From assembly GCA_036339875.1 (NCBI GenBank), contig JAYZAC010000183.1, positions 1-21,906 on the forward strand: a DNA stretch of 21,906 nucleotides, written 5' to 3'. Position numbers and translations under genes: made by a program. Under the pieces are notes generated by a model. It saw only the letters and a program-made list of their open reading frames with translations. It did no database searches and had not been told where the DNA came from. Of this stretch, positions 9,558 through 17,983 are shown in pieces. The DNA comes from a bacterium (GTDB taxonomy: Bacteria; Muiribacteriota; UBA6191). The stretch's first letter is position 1, and the number at the start of each line of letters is the position of its first letter.

Positions 9558-11522
9558 ATGAAATCTAAGGTTTTATACTCTGTAATACTTTGTTTTGCAC
9601 TAGTTATTTACGGCTGTGCAAATAAAAAGAAAGATAAATTGGAGCAACTGGGCTATGTAATAAAAGGCCCGGTGAAGAACTCAGTAATTGAGGTTTATGA
9701 ACTCAAAGGGTCACCACTTAACATTCGAGATCGCCTCGATAGCAGTCGCACTGGTATCGAAGGAAGTTTCTCTCTTCAAGTTGATAAAGACTATCATGGG
9801 TATCTTCTCTTTAAATCAATAGGAGGAGTTTTTGATGATGAGCTTACTGGTAATACAATACTCGGTGAGAAATCACATTTCCCAATGAGTGCAATTGTTT
9901 TAAAGCAATCTGATGATTTGCCAAACATTTATTTAACTCCATTTACAACCTTAAAAGTTGAATTGGCAACTAACTCAACTAATCAGATTGTAATCCAATC
10001 CTTTATTGATGGTGAAGCATTTATCAATAGGCTATTTGGCTATAAAGACCAAGGCTTACTGGAGTATAAGCAACCTGTTTTGTCATCGATCAGTTCTAGT
10101 TCGCCTGGTACAGTACCCTACGATAGTTTTCTAATGTCTAAACATCTAGCTACTTTTTCACAGTTGAGTTTACAAGAATCTACAGATGGCATATTGGACA
10201 GTATGGATGCTGTAAATTCTTTTCAACTAGATCTCTTAGATGGTAATTGGGATGGATTAATTGGACTTTCTGGAGCTGAATCCTTCGTCTCACCCGGACA
10301 ATATAAAAAGGCCTTCGATACCGTTGCTATTGACATTGGAGGAATGTCCACCTCATCGTTACTTTATCAAAGTATAACTTCCTCTATAATCACTACTACT
10401 AGTTTTGAAGGATTCAAAAGTCTGATTTCACCAATTACGACATCGGAATTTTCATTCGAAAGCGCAGAACTCCTTCAATCCGTTAGTGAACCAGATCAAC
10501 TTATTCAAGTAGCTGAAACTTTCTATGTAAGTTTATCTAGGAGCTTATCAAAAGCCGTATTATTCGAAAAAATGGATAATTTAGTGGTACCAAGTTTATT
10601 GAGCAGACAGACCTTTGAGACTCCCGACTACAATCAAGTTCTTGCGATTAATTTGAGTAATCAATCGATTATGGATCTTGTTTTCTTAACAACTAGTCCA
10701 TTTACTCCACTACGCTATTCTCTAGCTAAATCAAATAATGAATTCAACCTCAGTGTAAATGCTGTAATACTTAACACGGCTACTACTGCTGTTGCTGGAA
10801 GTCTCGTAAGTGGTCAATTTGTAGGATCTTTAACCAGCACAAATGATCTTTTATTTTGGGATACAAATGGAAACATGAATTGTGTAGAGGCTAATGCTAC
10901 GCAACTATCTACATGTTCATTAACCATAGAAACCATTCATCAGTTTTCTAAAGTAGATACAATAGACCTTAATCAAGACAAACGTAGTGATTTGATTTTC
11001 ACTGGTGCAAAGAGTCAGAGTGTGGCAAATACATCCATCCTGATCTACATTAATTCTGGTGGGCATCGCTTTGACCTGAATCAAATTATTCCTGACTTGA
11101 ATCATCAAATAAAATCAAGCGTAGTACACGATTTGTCGGGTGATGGATATCCAGATTTACTGATTGCCAAAAACAATAGCTTTTTGGAATATTATGAACA
11201 AAACTCTAGCAATCAATTTGATTTTCAACAGGTTATAGATTCGAATACTAACGATGAAGTAATTTTTATACCTTTTGAAACTAACGGAATACCGCCAGTA
11301 GAAATTATCTACGCCTTTGAGTCGGGAAATCAAACAAAGATATATGGAGTTAGAAAAATCTCACGACAAGAGTTAGCAAAAACTACTAATAGCTTTGACA
11401 TAAACACTACATCGCTTAGCTTTTTAGCAAGTTCCTACACTTCGGATTCTCTCGACGACCTACTATATACTGATTTTTCAAGTTCACAAATCCTTATACT
11501 CACTCACACTAATTTGAAATGA
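9558..11522 (+). CDS. Lipoprotein with C-terminal FG-GAP/VCBS-like repeats
   Basis: Lipobox IYGC; N-terminal GYVIKGPVKNSVIEVY beta domain; Ser/Thr-rich middle; DLNQDKRSDLI and DLSGDGYPDLLI Ca-binding-type loops. Confidence 0.78.
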   Translation: MKSKVLYSVILCFALVIYGCANKKKDKLEQLGYVIKGPVKNSVIEVYELKGSPLNIRDRLDSSRTGIEGSFSLQVDKDYHGYLLFKSIGGVFDDELTGNTILGEKSHFPMSAIVLKQSDDLPNIYLTPFTTLKVELATNSTNQIVIQSFIDGEAFINRLFGYKDQGLLEYKQPVLSSISSSSPGTVPYDSFLMSKHLATFSQLSLQESTDGILDSMDAVNSFQLDLLDGNWDGLIGLSGAESFVSPGQYKKAFDTVAIDIGGMSTSSLLYQSITSSIITTTSFEGFKSLISPITTSEFSFESAELLQSVSEPDQLIQVAETFYVSLSRSLSKAVLFEKMDNLVVPSLLSRQTFETPDYNQVLAINLSNQSIMDLVFLTTSPFTPLRYSLAKSNNEFNLSVNAVILNTATTAVAGSLVSGQFVGSLTSTNDLLFWDTNGNMNCVEANATQLSTCSLTIETIHQFSKVDTIDLNQDKRSDLIFTGAKSQSVANTSILIYINSGGHRFDLNQIIPDLNHQIKSSVVHDLSGDGYPDLLIAKNNSFLEYYEQNSSNQFDFQQVIDSNTNDEVIFIPFETNGIPPVEIIYAFESGNQTKIYGVRKISRQELAKTTNSFDINTTSLSFLASSYTSDSLDDLLYTDFSSSQILILTHTNLK

Positions 11523-11529
11523 GCCTCTG

Positions 11530-12498
11530 ATGATCGACCCTAAAATAGTTTACTCCAGCTTAAAAAAAGAAATTAGCAAAGTAATTATGGGCAACGAAGA
11601 AATGATAAATCAGGTCATTATTGCTTTTTTTTGCGGTGGACATGTCCTCTTGGAAGGCGTTCCAGGACTGGGTAAAACATTACTTGTTAAAACATTTTCC
11701 AAAATACTTAATATAGAGTTTAATCGAATTCAATTTACACCTGATCTCATGCCAGCAGACATTATCGGTACAACCGTTATACATCAACTTGATTCGGGAG
11801 AACGTATTTTTCGTTTTCGCAAAGGACCACTATTTGCCAATTTAATTCTTGCAGATGAAATTAATCGTGCAACTGCAAAAACTCAATCTGCACTTTTAGA
11901 AGCAATGGGAGAAGGGCATATAACCGTCGCCGGAAAATCACATTCTCTGAACAAGCCATTTTTTGTGATGGGAACTCAAAACCCATTAGAAATGGACGGG
12001 ACATACAAACTTCCCGAAGCACAACTAGATCGCTTTCTTTTCAAGATTGACCTACCTATGCCTCCTCTCGATGTTCTTATGAGAATTGTTGATACTACAA
12101 CAAACAACTCACAAGCAGAAATTTTTCCAGTTGTAGATGTCCCTACCATTATTGAGATACAGTCGAATATTAGGGATATACCAATTGCTTCACATCTGAA
12201 TGAACTTGCGTGTAAATTAATCCTTGCCAGTCAGCCCGATTCGCAGCAATCCAGTCAAATCGCTCGTAAATATGTAGCCCATGGTGTCGGACCTAGGGGA
12301 CTACAGTCTCTGATTCTAGCTTCTAAAGCTAGGGCCTATTTCGATGGAAGATTAAATGTTAGTCAGGAAGATTTATTAAACATGATATATCCGACATTTC
12401 GTCATCGAATAATAATGAATTTTGAAGGAGAAGCTGATGGTCTTTGTGGAGATGATATTATTGAAAAAATAACCAGTCAGATTGATCGATTGCAGTAA
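11530..12498 (+). CDS. MoxR family AAA+ ATPase
   Basis: GHVLLEGVPGLGKT (Walker A), RIQFTPDLMPADI, ILADEINRA (Walker B), TQSALLEAM, TQNPLE, LPEAQLDRF. Confidence 0.96.
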   Translation: MIDPKIVYSSLKKEISKVIMGNEEMINQVIIAFFCGGHVLLEGVPGLGKTLLVKTFSKILNIEFNRIQFTPDLMPADIIGTTVIHQLDSGERIFRFRKGPLFANLILADEINRATAKTQSALLEAMGEGHITVAGKSHSLNKPFFVMGTQNPLEMDGTYKLPEAQLDRFLFKIDLPMPPLDVLMRIVDTTTNNSQAEIFPVVDVPTIIEIQSNIRDIPIASHLNELACKLILASQPDSQQSSQIARKYVAHGVGPRGLQSLILASKARAYFDGRLNVSQEDLLNMIYPTFRHRIIMNFEGEADGLCGDDIIEKITSQIDRLQ

Positions 12499-12500
12499 TT

Positions 12501-12998
12501 ATGAATGAAACGAACAAATCAACTCTTACAATTACTCCACAAGGAGAAAATTTAAATGAAATTGTAGAGTGGATAAAAACTATGCAGGTTAGAGGGATGA
12601 AATTCCCTCCTAAAAAAGATAATTATTATGTTGATCTAGGCTTATTTCTTCTTTACTACAAACGCTATAAACCAGGCGTAGCACTACAATTAGTAGATTG
12701 CGAGTTTTTAGGCTTGGTTGAGATGCATCCTATTGATATGGGTCTAACAGTTCTTGCTAAATTCGATTTACCCGAGTCAGAAACTCCCGTAATTGCGAAG
12801 GGGTACCTATTAACGGAAGTTTTTGGAGATAGACTTTATGATTTGCTACCCGGAAAAGGTGAGTCAATTAATCTTGAAGTCATTATCCCGCCTGCAAGCT
12901 TAGTCGAGATTTCAAGCACTGAATGGCAGGTCTCTACCATGAAAGGCAAATACAAAGAAGAGTTTTTACCTCTCAGAATCTTAAACTTCTTAGCTTAG
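12501..12998 (+). CDS. Hypothetical protein (165 aa)
   Basis: Starts 2 bp after the moxR stop on the same strand. No recognisable motif (no DUF58 or vWA MIDAS signature). Confidence 0.75.
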   Translation: MNETNKSTLTITPQGENLNEIVEWIKTMQVRGMKFPPKKDNYYVDLGLFLLYYKRYKPGVALQLVDCEFLGLVEMHPIDMGLTVLAKFDLPESETPVIAKGYLLTEVFGDRLYDLLPGKGESINLEVIIPPASLVEISSTEWQVSTMKGKYKEEFLPLRILNFLA

Positions 12999-13043
12999 AG
13001 TTTCTTCTGAAGACCATTAACACGATCTCCAGTGAGATTCTCC

Positions 13044-13640
13044 TCAGTAAGTATTAATCAGAGAAGCTCCGAAATAATATCTTTCTGAATGGGTTTGCAT
13101 TGTTGCTAAGATCCTATACTTTCGTTGCCCAACTCTAAAAAAATCTTCGTAATCATAAACACCCTTATCAACCCGATCGTTTATGTGGAATAACAATTTG
13201 TCGTTTAGGGTGACTTTTACGTAATGATAGAAGTGCCTACGCTTAAAAATATAAGAACGACGATGCTTTGTTTCGAACCATGAAGCCCACTGGATTCGTA
13301 AAATATGTTCACGACCCTGCTCATCTTCGACACTTGTAGTGTAAGTATGGACCCTATGCTCTAATGGAAAATCATCTTCAATATTAAACTGAATAGATTG
13401 GTCAACCGGCGGCAATGGTTGCCTGTACTGCTCACCATCTTCCAGCTGCCGAGTTTTAATTACGACTTTATCATCAACTACCTGCTTCTCATAACCCCAC
13501 CATTCGTTGGGATAAGCATAAGTTACCTTGTACGGTTCTCTGGAATACTGACCGCAATTACGATAGTAGCGACAATCATTTGCAATAGCATCCATTGCTG
13601 TAAAGCCTAGCAAAGCTAGGCAAGCCATCCAGGCTTTCAT
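13044..13640 (-). CDS. Secreted hypothetical protein (198 aa), Tyr/Arg/His-rich
   Basis: Strong SD AAGGAGG; signal peptide ending AIA|NDC; third gene of a co-oriented trio. Confidence 0.8.
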   Translation of the reverse strand: MKAWMACLALLGFTAMDAIANDCRYYRNCGQYSREPYKVTYAYPNEWWGYEKQVVDDKVVIKTRQLEDGEQYRQPLPPVDQSIQFNIEDDFPLEHRVHTYTTSVEDEQGREHILRIQWASWFETKHRRSYIFKRRHFYHYVKVTLNDKLLFHINDRVDKGVYDYEDFFRVGQRKYRILATMQTHSERYYFGASLINTY

Positions 13641-13652
13641 GGTTTCCTCCTT

Positions 13653-14081
13653 CTACCAATAATGATAAGAGCGCTGAGCACGCCTACGCGAGTGGGTATA
13701 CTCATCCTCTGTATAGCCATATCGACTACGAGAAGGTCGCTCTTCAAGGTAGATAGGAACTTTTTTATAATATGGACTAGTTCTCGTCCAATTCCAGCCA
13801 TAATTTTCTGAAACAGCTCGACGCCTTTGAGGGTCCGTACAAACACGATATGTTCCGTTAACCACATAGCGAACCGTACCACCATTTATCTCTTTTACAA
13901 TATTATTATGAGTTCTACAGGTCTTAAAGCTTGGTGTTCGGGTTTTATGACAAGTGTCATGATGTATGTGATTAGCTCGATCAGAACAACAGCTATTGTA
14001 TTTCAAATGTCGGTGACTACTAGAGTCAGCCTGAAAAATTAATAAAAGTATCAAGGTTATAAAAAGAATCAATTTATACAT
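13653..14081 (-). CDS. Secreted Arg/His/Tyr/Cys-rich hypothetical protein (142 aa)
   Basis: SD GGAGGT; hydrophobic signal peptide; SCCSDR motif; 12 bp from the next gene. Confidence 0.75.
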   Translation of the reverse strand: MYKLILFITLILLLIFQADSSSHRHLKYNSCCSDRANHIHHDTCHKTRTPSFKTCRTHNNIVKEINGGTVRYVVNGTYRVCTDPQRRRAVSENYGWNWTRTSPYYKKVPIYLEERPSRSRYGYTEDEYTHSRRRAQRSYHYW

Positions 14082-14110
14082 TGGGTTACCTCCAAACTAA
14101 GATGGATTTT

Positions 14111-14425
14111 TTAATGCCAACAACAATCGTTACGTCTGTGCCGACGATGCTGTCTGTAACAATTGCGATCATAAGAGCGGTAAACAATTCTACGATTGTA
14201 ATTTCTTACTCGGCGCCGCTTCTGGCGATCACAGCATGAGCGCGCAAACTTCATCTTGGGTTTTTCATAGAAATTAAAGGGGGCGGATTCAGCTGTTAAT
14301 GCCGGTTGGTAATAGACCCAACTCCCCGTTTGAAAATGCCTAGGAGCCTTGTAATAGGAATCCCATGCTGAGACTATTCCCACGGACACAAGGCAAACTA
14401 GTGAAAGCGTACATAACCCTTTCAT
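14111..14425 (-). CDS. Secreted cationic Cys/Arg-rich small protein (104 aa; start revised to 14425)
   Basis: SD AAGGAGA lies 5 nt before ATG 14425, giving the signal peptide MKGLCTLSLVCLVSVGIVSA. Contains SCCDR and C-terminal RQHRRHRRNDCCWH. Confidence 0.75.
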   Translation of the reverse strand: MKGLCTLSLVCLVSVGIVSAWDSYYKAPRHFQTGSWVYYQPALTAESAPFNFYEKPKMKFARSCCDRQKRRRVRNYNRRIVYRSYDRNCYRQHRRHRRNDCCWH

Positions 14426-14532
14426 AGATCTCTCCTTATCATTTGCCATCCGTGGCTGTTACCATATCTCGCTCGGTAATCACGAGCCCTTGCGCAGGTC
14501 CCCTGCAGAAGGAGTGTCTTCTCTGTCTTCGC
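14426..14532 (-). promoter_or_regulatory. Structured 5' leader (candidate cis-regulatory RNA)
   Basis: Anti-SD CUCCUU (14509-14514) complementary to SD AAGGAG. Hairpins GCAGG-GGA-CCUGC (14494-14506), GCUCG-N7-CGAGC (14471-14487) and GCCA-CGGA-UGGC (14445-14456). Confidence 0.5.
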
Positions 14533-14538
14533 ATGCTG

Positions 14539-14547
14539 ATACTAGCA
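14539..14547 (-). promoter_or_regulatory. Putative extended -10 promoter (TGcTAGTAT) for the secreted trio
   Basis: TGCTAGTAT on the minus strand just upstream of the structured leader; no clear -35. Confidence 0.4.
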
Positions 14548-14639
14548 CGTAAAATATGAAGTTTGTTGGTGCTTGTATTTCAAGGTTGCGACTTTTTATA
14601 CCAGTAATATAATTTTTGTTCAGGTTTCCGAAGATTTAT

Positions 14640-14667
14640 AAAAAAAGACCACCATTTTTTGGTGGCC
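14640..14667 (-). terminator. Rho-independent terminator of the M4 protease gene
   Basis: Minus strand GGCCACCA-AAAAA-TGGTGGTC followed by a T7 tract, ~30 nt after the M4 stop. Confidence 0.85.
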
Positions 14668-14698
14668 TAATTAAAAATAATTAATTTTAATTCAAAAT

Positions 14699-16306
14699 TT
14701 ACAAATCAATTTTTGCGAATGCAATGACCAGAGTTTGGAGATACGCATCTCTATCCGCACTATTCTCTAGGTGGATCTCAGCTGCAGCCATAAACTTATT
14801 ACGAAATTGCTGAAAAGTTGCTCGTCTTGAAAGATATTTATTCTTCAATAACCGCATATAGAGGCCTGCCATGAGTTCGTAACCCAGTCCTTCTCGAGCA
14901 ATTTCATCTCCCGTCGTGGCCAAATACGCGAACTTATTGAAGATCGATGAATTGATATGAACACCTCCGTTGTCTTGCCCAGACCCGTTCGCTATAATTT
15001 TTTTACTCACGCGATCTGGATATATCTTCCAACGAATGCCATTGTCTTTATGCATCTTAGTCCACTCATTATAAGTCATACCTTCTTTGATTAAATCACC
15101 ACGACCACGAACAGGATCTTTCATATTGCGTAGAGCTGGATTACTACCTGTAGCAATATTATCTCCAATTTGCCACTCGTCGGCATCTACCATGGCACCA
15201 AAGAAGTCAGCAATATGCTCATTTAATGCTCCCGACTCCCCACTGTAGGTGAGTGGACACAAAGAATCTATTACGCCGTGAGTGAACTCATGAGCGGCAA
15301 CGTCTAAACCTTTAGTAAGATAGTCAAACCCTGTCTCTGTGCCAGAGCCATCTCCAAAAAAGAATCCACCTTGCCAAGAACTGTAGAAGGCATTGTTGTA
15401 ATTTTCGCGAACGTGAGCCGTGGCCTTCACGGCAGATTCTCCATTTTTCCAAATAAACCCATGATTCTCTTTAAAATAATCAATAGTACGAGCCATATTT
15501 AGATAGAGTTCAACTTCAGCCTTCTGGTTTTGCTTACGAGTTTCACCCTCATCTTCCCAAAGGCCGTCAGTATCAATTGAAAATGTTCCCTGTCTTCCAT
15601 CGTAAACATTAAGCTTACGCTCGGTATCTTTTAGAATTTTATTGCCGTCTTGCTCTTCAACAGGAAATTCATAAAGTTCACCATTAGTTAAATCATAACC
15701 TTTGCCTGTCAAATCATATAGAACCCGGATAGAATCAACTATTTCACCATTTCTAGCATCGATGAAATACTCAAACGAAGTTTTCAACCCCTCATAAATA
15801 CCCGGTAAGATTAAGTGCCAAACTAATCGGAAAGCATCATCCGTTCGAAACAAAACAATTTCTGGGCTTTTAACTAAATGGCTGGGAAGAGCTTCATGTA
15901 GTAGGGCTTTATTTTGTCGAAGATGCTTAACCGCAATGGTAAAAGCTTCAGATTGTTCCAAGTTGTAATCTAAATCCTGTCCCTCCAACTCCCTCATAAA
16001 ATCTGTATCGTAATCGCTTAAGCTTTGTGAAGCATAAATTCCCACGCCAGATATATTATTTTGGGGAATGATGACTAATTTGTCCTCACCATACAATTCA
16101 ATACCATTCACATGTTTACGATATTTGAGAAAAGTATTGCCTTTTTCATCTGTGTAAGACTCCTTAGGCTCTAGATATCGAGCGATATCTATTGACTTTT
16201 TATTTCGTTCTAAACTTTCTGATAACTTTTTGTAACCGTCCTGAAAATCAATTGCATAGATATTCGCAACTAAACTAAAGGCTAAGATCTTCGAAAACAT
16301 TCTCAT
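14699..16306 (-). CDS. M4 family (thermolysin-like) secreted zinc metalloprotease with propeptide
   Basis: NNAFY, HEFTH (HExxH), GALNE (third Zn ligand), DNGGVHINSSIFN; FTP/PepSY-like prodomain. Start revised to ATG 16306 (or 16300) because the track's TTG at 16342 overlaps the -10 box and the SD GGAGAAGGA precedes these ATGs. Confidence 0.95.
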   Translation of the reverse strand: MRMFSKILAFSLVANIYAIDFQDGYKKLSESLERNKKSIDIARYLEPKESYTDEKGNTFLKYRKHVNGIELYGEDKLVIIPQNNISGVGIYASQSLSDYDTDFMRELEGQDLDYNLEQSEAFTIAVKHLRQNKALLHEALPSHLVKSPEIVLFRTDDAFRLVWHLILPGIYEGLKTSFEYFIDARNGEIVDSIRVLYDLTGKGYDLTNGELYEFPVEEQDGNKILKDTERKLNVYDGRQGTFSIDTDGLWEDEGETRKQNQKAEVELYLNMARTIDYFKENHGFIWKNGESAVKATAHVRENYNNAFYSSWQGGFFFGDGSGTETGFDYLTKGLDVAAHEFTHGVIDSLCPLTYSGESGALNEHIADFFGAMVDADEWQIGDNIATGSNPALRNMKDPVRGRGDLIKEGMTYNEWTKMHKDNGIRWKIYPDRVSKKIIANGSGQDNGGVHINSSIFNKFAYLATTGDEIAREGLGYELMAGLYMRLLKNKYLSRRATFQQFRNKFMAAAEIHLENSADRDAYLQTLVIAFAKIDL

Positions 16307-16341
16307 AATCCTTCTCCGTGGGCTGTTTTGAGCAACCGGCA

Positions 16342-16369
16342 AGTGTAAGGCTAGAAATCATAATGTCAA
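16342..16369 (-). promoter_or_regulatory. Sigma70-type promoter of the M4 protease gene
   Basis: TTGACA (16369-16364), 16-nt spacer, TACACT (16347-16342). Confidence 0.7.
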
Positions 16370-16401
16370 TATAGATTTGAGTTTAGAACACATTAAAATC
16401 A

Positions 16402-17976
16402 TCAAGTTATGCAATTGTATCTCTTCCAATCTTCGATGACAGCTTCGTTAACTTCATAGATTTTTACTGGCTCTGATTTTCCCTTAACGACGGTTTCCAT
16501 CAAAAAATCATGTTTTGGTGGAGCCTTCACTTTATCTAAAGTAAATTCGGTAAACAGAATATTAGTCTGTTTACCCTGCTTGCTTAGACTCTCAACTCGC
16601 GCTGCTAAATTTACAGCGTCACCAAGCACGGTACGAGAAACTTGATCTTTTGCACCAAGGTTTCCAACTACTGAAACACCTGTATTGACTCCAATTCCAA
16701 TAAAAAATTCGGGCATTCCTCGACTTAACATTTGACGCCTATATTCATCCATAGCAGCTTGCATCTGAATGGCGGCCTTTAAAGCTGCTGAGGCATCATC
16801 ATAATCTTGTTTAGATTCAAAAACCGCCATTACCGCATCACCAATAAGTTTATCTAGTGATCCTCCATGTTCTTCTATGATGGGCACCATCTTTCCAAAA
16901 TAAAAATTTAGTGAATCAATAATCAATTTCGGATCTGATTTTTCACAAATGGTAGTAAAACTACGTATATCTGAAAACAAAACAGTCACAGACTTTTTTT
17001 CACCCGCATAACTCATACTTTTTTGGCCGGATGATATTTCCTGAACTTCTTTTAACTCCATCCCTGTTAGAAACTTACTCATTGTTTCTCGCTGACGTAA
17101 TCCCGAAACCATCTGATTTAATGAGTCACCGACCACCTCTAGCTCATCACCACTTCTCAGAATCACGCTTGACAATAGATTTCCTTTTCCTACTCTTCCG
17201 ACAAATTCCAATACAGTCGATAAAGGCTCTGCCACGAGAAGATACATATTCCCGCTAACATTTCTGAAAATGAGATAGTAAATAATCAGAAATACTAAAA
17301 CGATAGCGATTCCCTGTAAAATCATTCGCCATCGCAACCATTGCATTTTTACCTCATATCTCGCTTTTAACTCATCTAGACTTATATCAATTTCTAGAAT
17401 ACAGTAGGTTCCAGAATCAGGTTCCATGAAGGGCGCAAAGGCAGACATCCAAAATCCACCGGCTACTGATTTACTTTCATAGATATCAGTGTAGGTAGGT
17501 ATGCCGAGAAAGATAGCTTTTTCCATTTCTGGAGGATAAATATAGCCGGCCCCAACATAGGCCTTTTCATTTGTCATAACTACAAATTTAGCTATGCGCT
17601 TATCGGGGTCATCGAGTCTTAACGTGTATATATCTGATTGAAGCTCAGAACGTTTGCGAACCTCTAGCAAATAATTTCTTATCTTAATAAATTCATCTAA
17701 CTGCTCATCGCCTGGATCAAATATTTCGGCATGGGCCTCTGAGTCAATTCCCATTACTGCAATATTAGCTAAAACTTTTAACCCCGATCTAGCACTTTTT
17801 TTGAGCTGATTGTATTCGTTTTCAGCGGTTTCATTGTAAAGCCAAATTTCAACTGGTATCAAAACCAAAAGACTCAGACATAAAACTAAAACTAATTGAT
17901 ATGCTAAACCGGCAGTAAACTTTTGTTCTAAAGTTGCTTCTCGTACATTGATATCTGATTTATATGGATCAGTCAT
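16402..17976 (-). CDS. Membrane-bound class III adenylate cyclase (2 TM, periplasmic sensor, HAMP)
   Basis: Two TM helices; HAMP (PL..DELEVVGDSLNQMV); FSDIRSFT, KLIGDAVMAVF, GIGVNTG, TVLGDAVNLAARVES. The Lys/Thr specificity pair indicates ATP (class IIIb). Confidence 0.93.
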   Translation of the reverse strand: MTDPYKSDINVREATLEQKFTAGLAYQLVLVLCLSLLVLIPVEIWLYNETAENEYNQLKKSARSGLKVLANIAVMGIDSEAHAEIFDPGDEQLDEFIKIRNYLLEVRKRSELQSDIYTLRLDDPDKRIAKFVVMTNEKAYVGAGYIYPPEMEKAIFLGIPTYTDIYESKSVAGGFWMSAFAPFMEPDSGTYCILEIDISLDELKARYEVKMQWLRWRMILQGIAIVLVFLIIYYLIFRNVSGNMYLLVAEPLSTVLEFVGRVGKGNLLSSVILRSGDELEVVGDSLNQMVSGLRQRETMSKFLTGMELKEVQEISSGQKSMSYAGEKKSVTVLFSDIRSFTTICEKSDPKLIIDSLNFYFGKMVPIIEEHGGSLDKLIGDAVMAVFESKQDYDDASAALKAAIQMQAAMDEYRRQMLSRGMPEFFIGIGVNTGVSVVGNLGAKDQVSRTVLGDAVNLAARVESLSKQGKQTNILFTEFTLDKVKAPPKHDFLMETVVKGKSEPVKIYEVNEAVIEDWKRYNCIT

Positions 17977-17983
17977 TTTATGT

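Noticed and set aside
7202..11108. Short track ORFs 7202-7462(+), 8569-8760(+), 10920-11108(-)
   Set aside because: Nested in an alternative frame of, or antisense to, longer supported genes.
13398..14042. Track ORFs 13398-13610(+), 13637-13885(-), 13827-14042(+)
   Set aside because: They overlap the 198-aa and 142-aa genes, which have strong SDs and signal peptides that these ORFs lack.
16330..16340. GCAACCGGC resembling the 3' end of a c-di-GMP-II riboswitch
   Set aside because: Wrong strand for the M4 gene, and the upstream conserved riboswitch elements are absent.
17031..17258. Track ORF 17031-17258(+)
   Set aside because: Antisense to the adenylate cyclase HAMP region.
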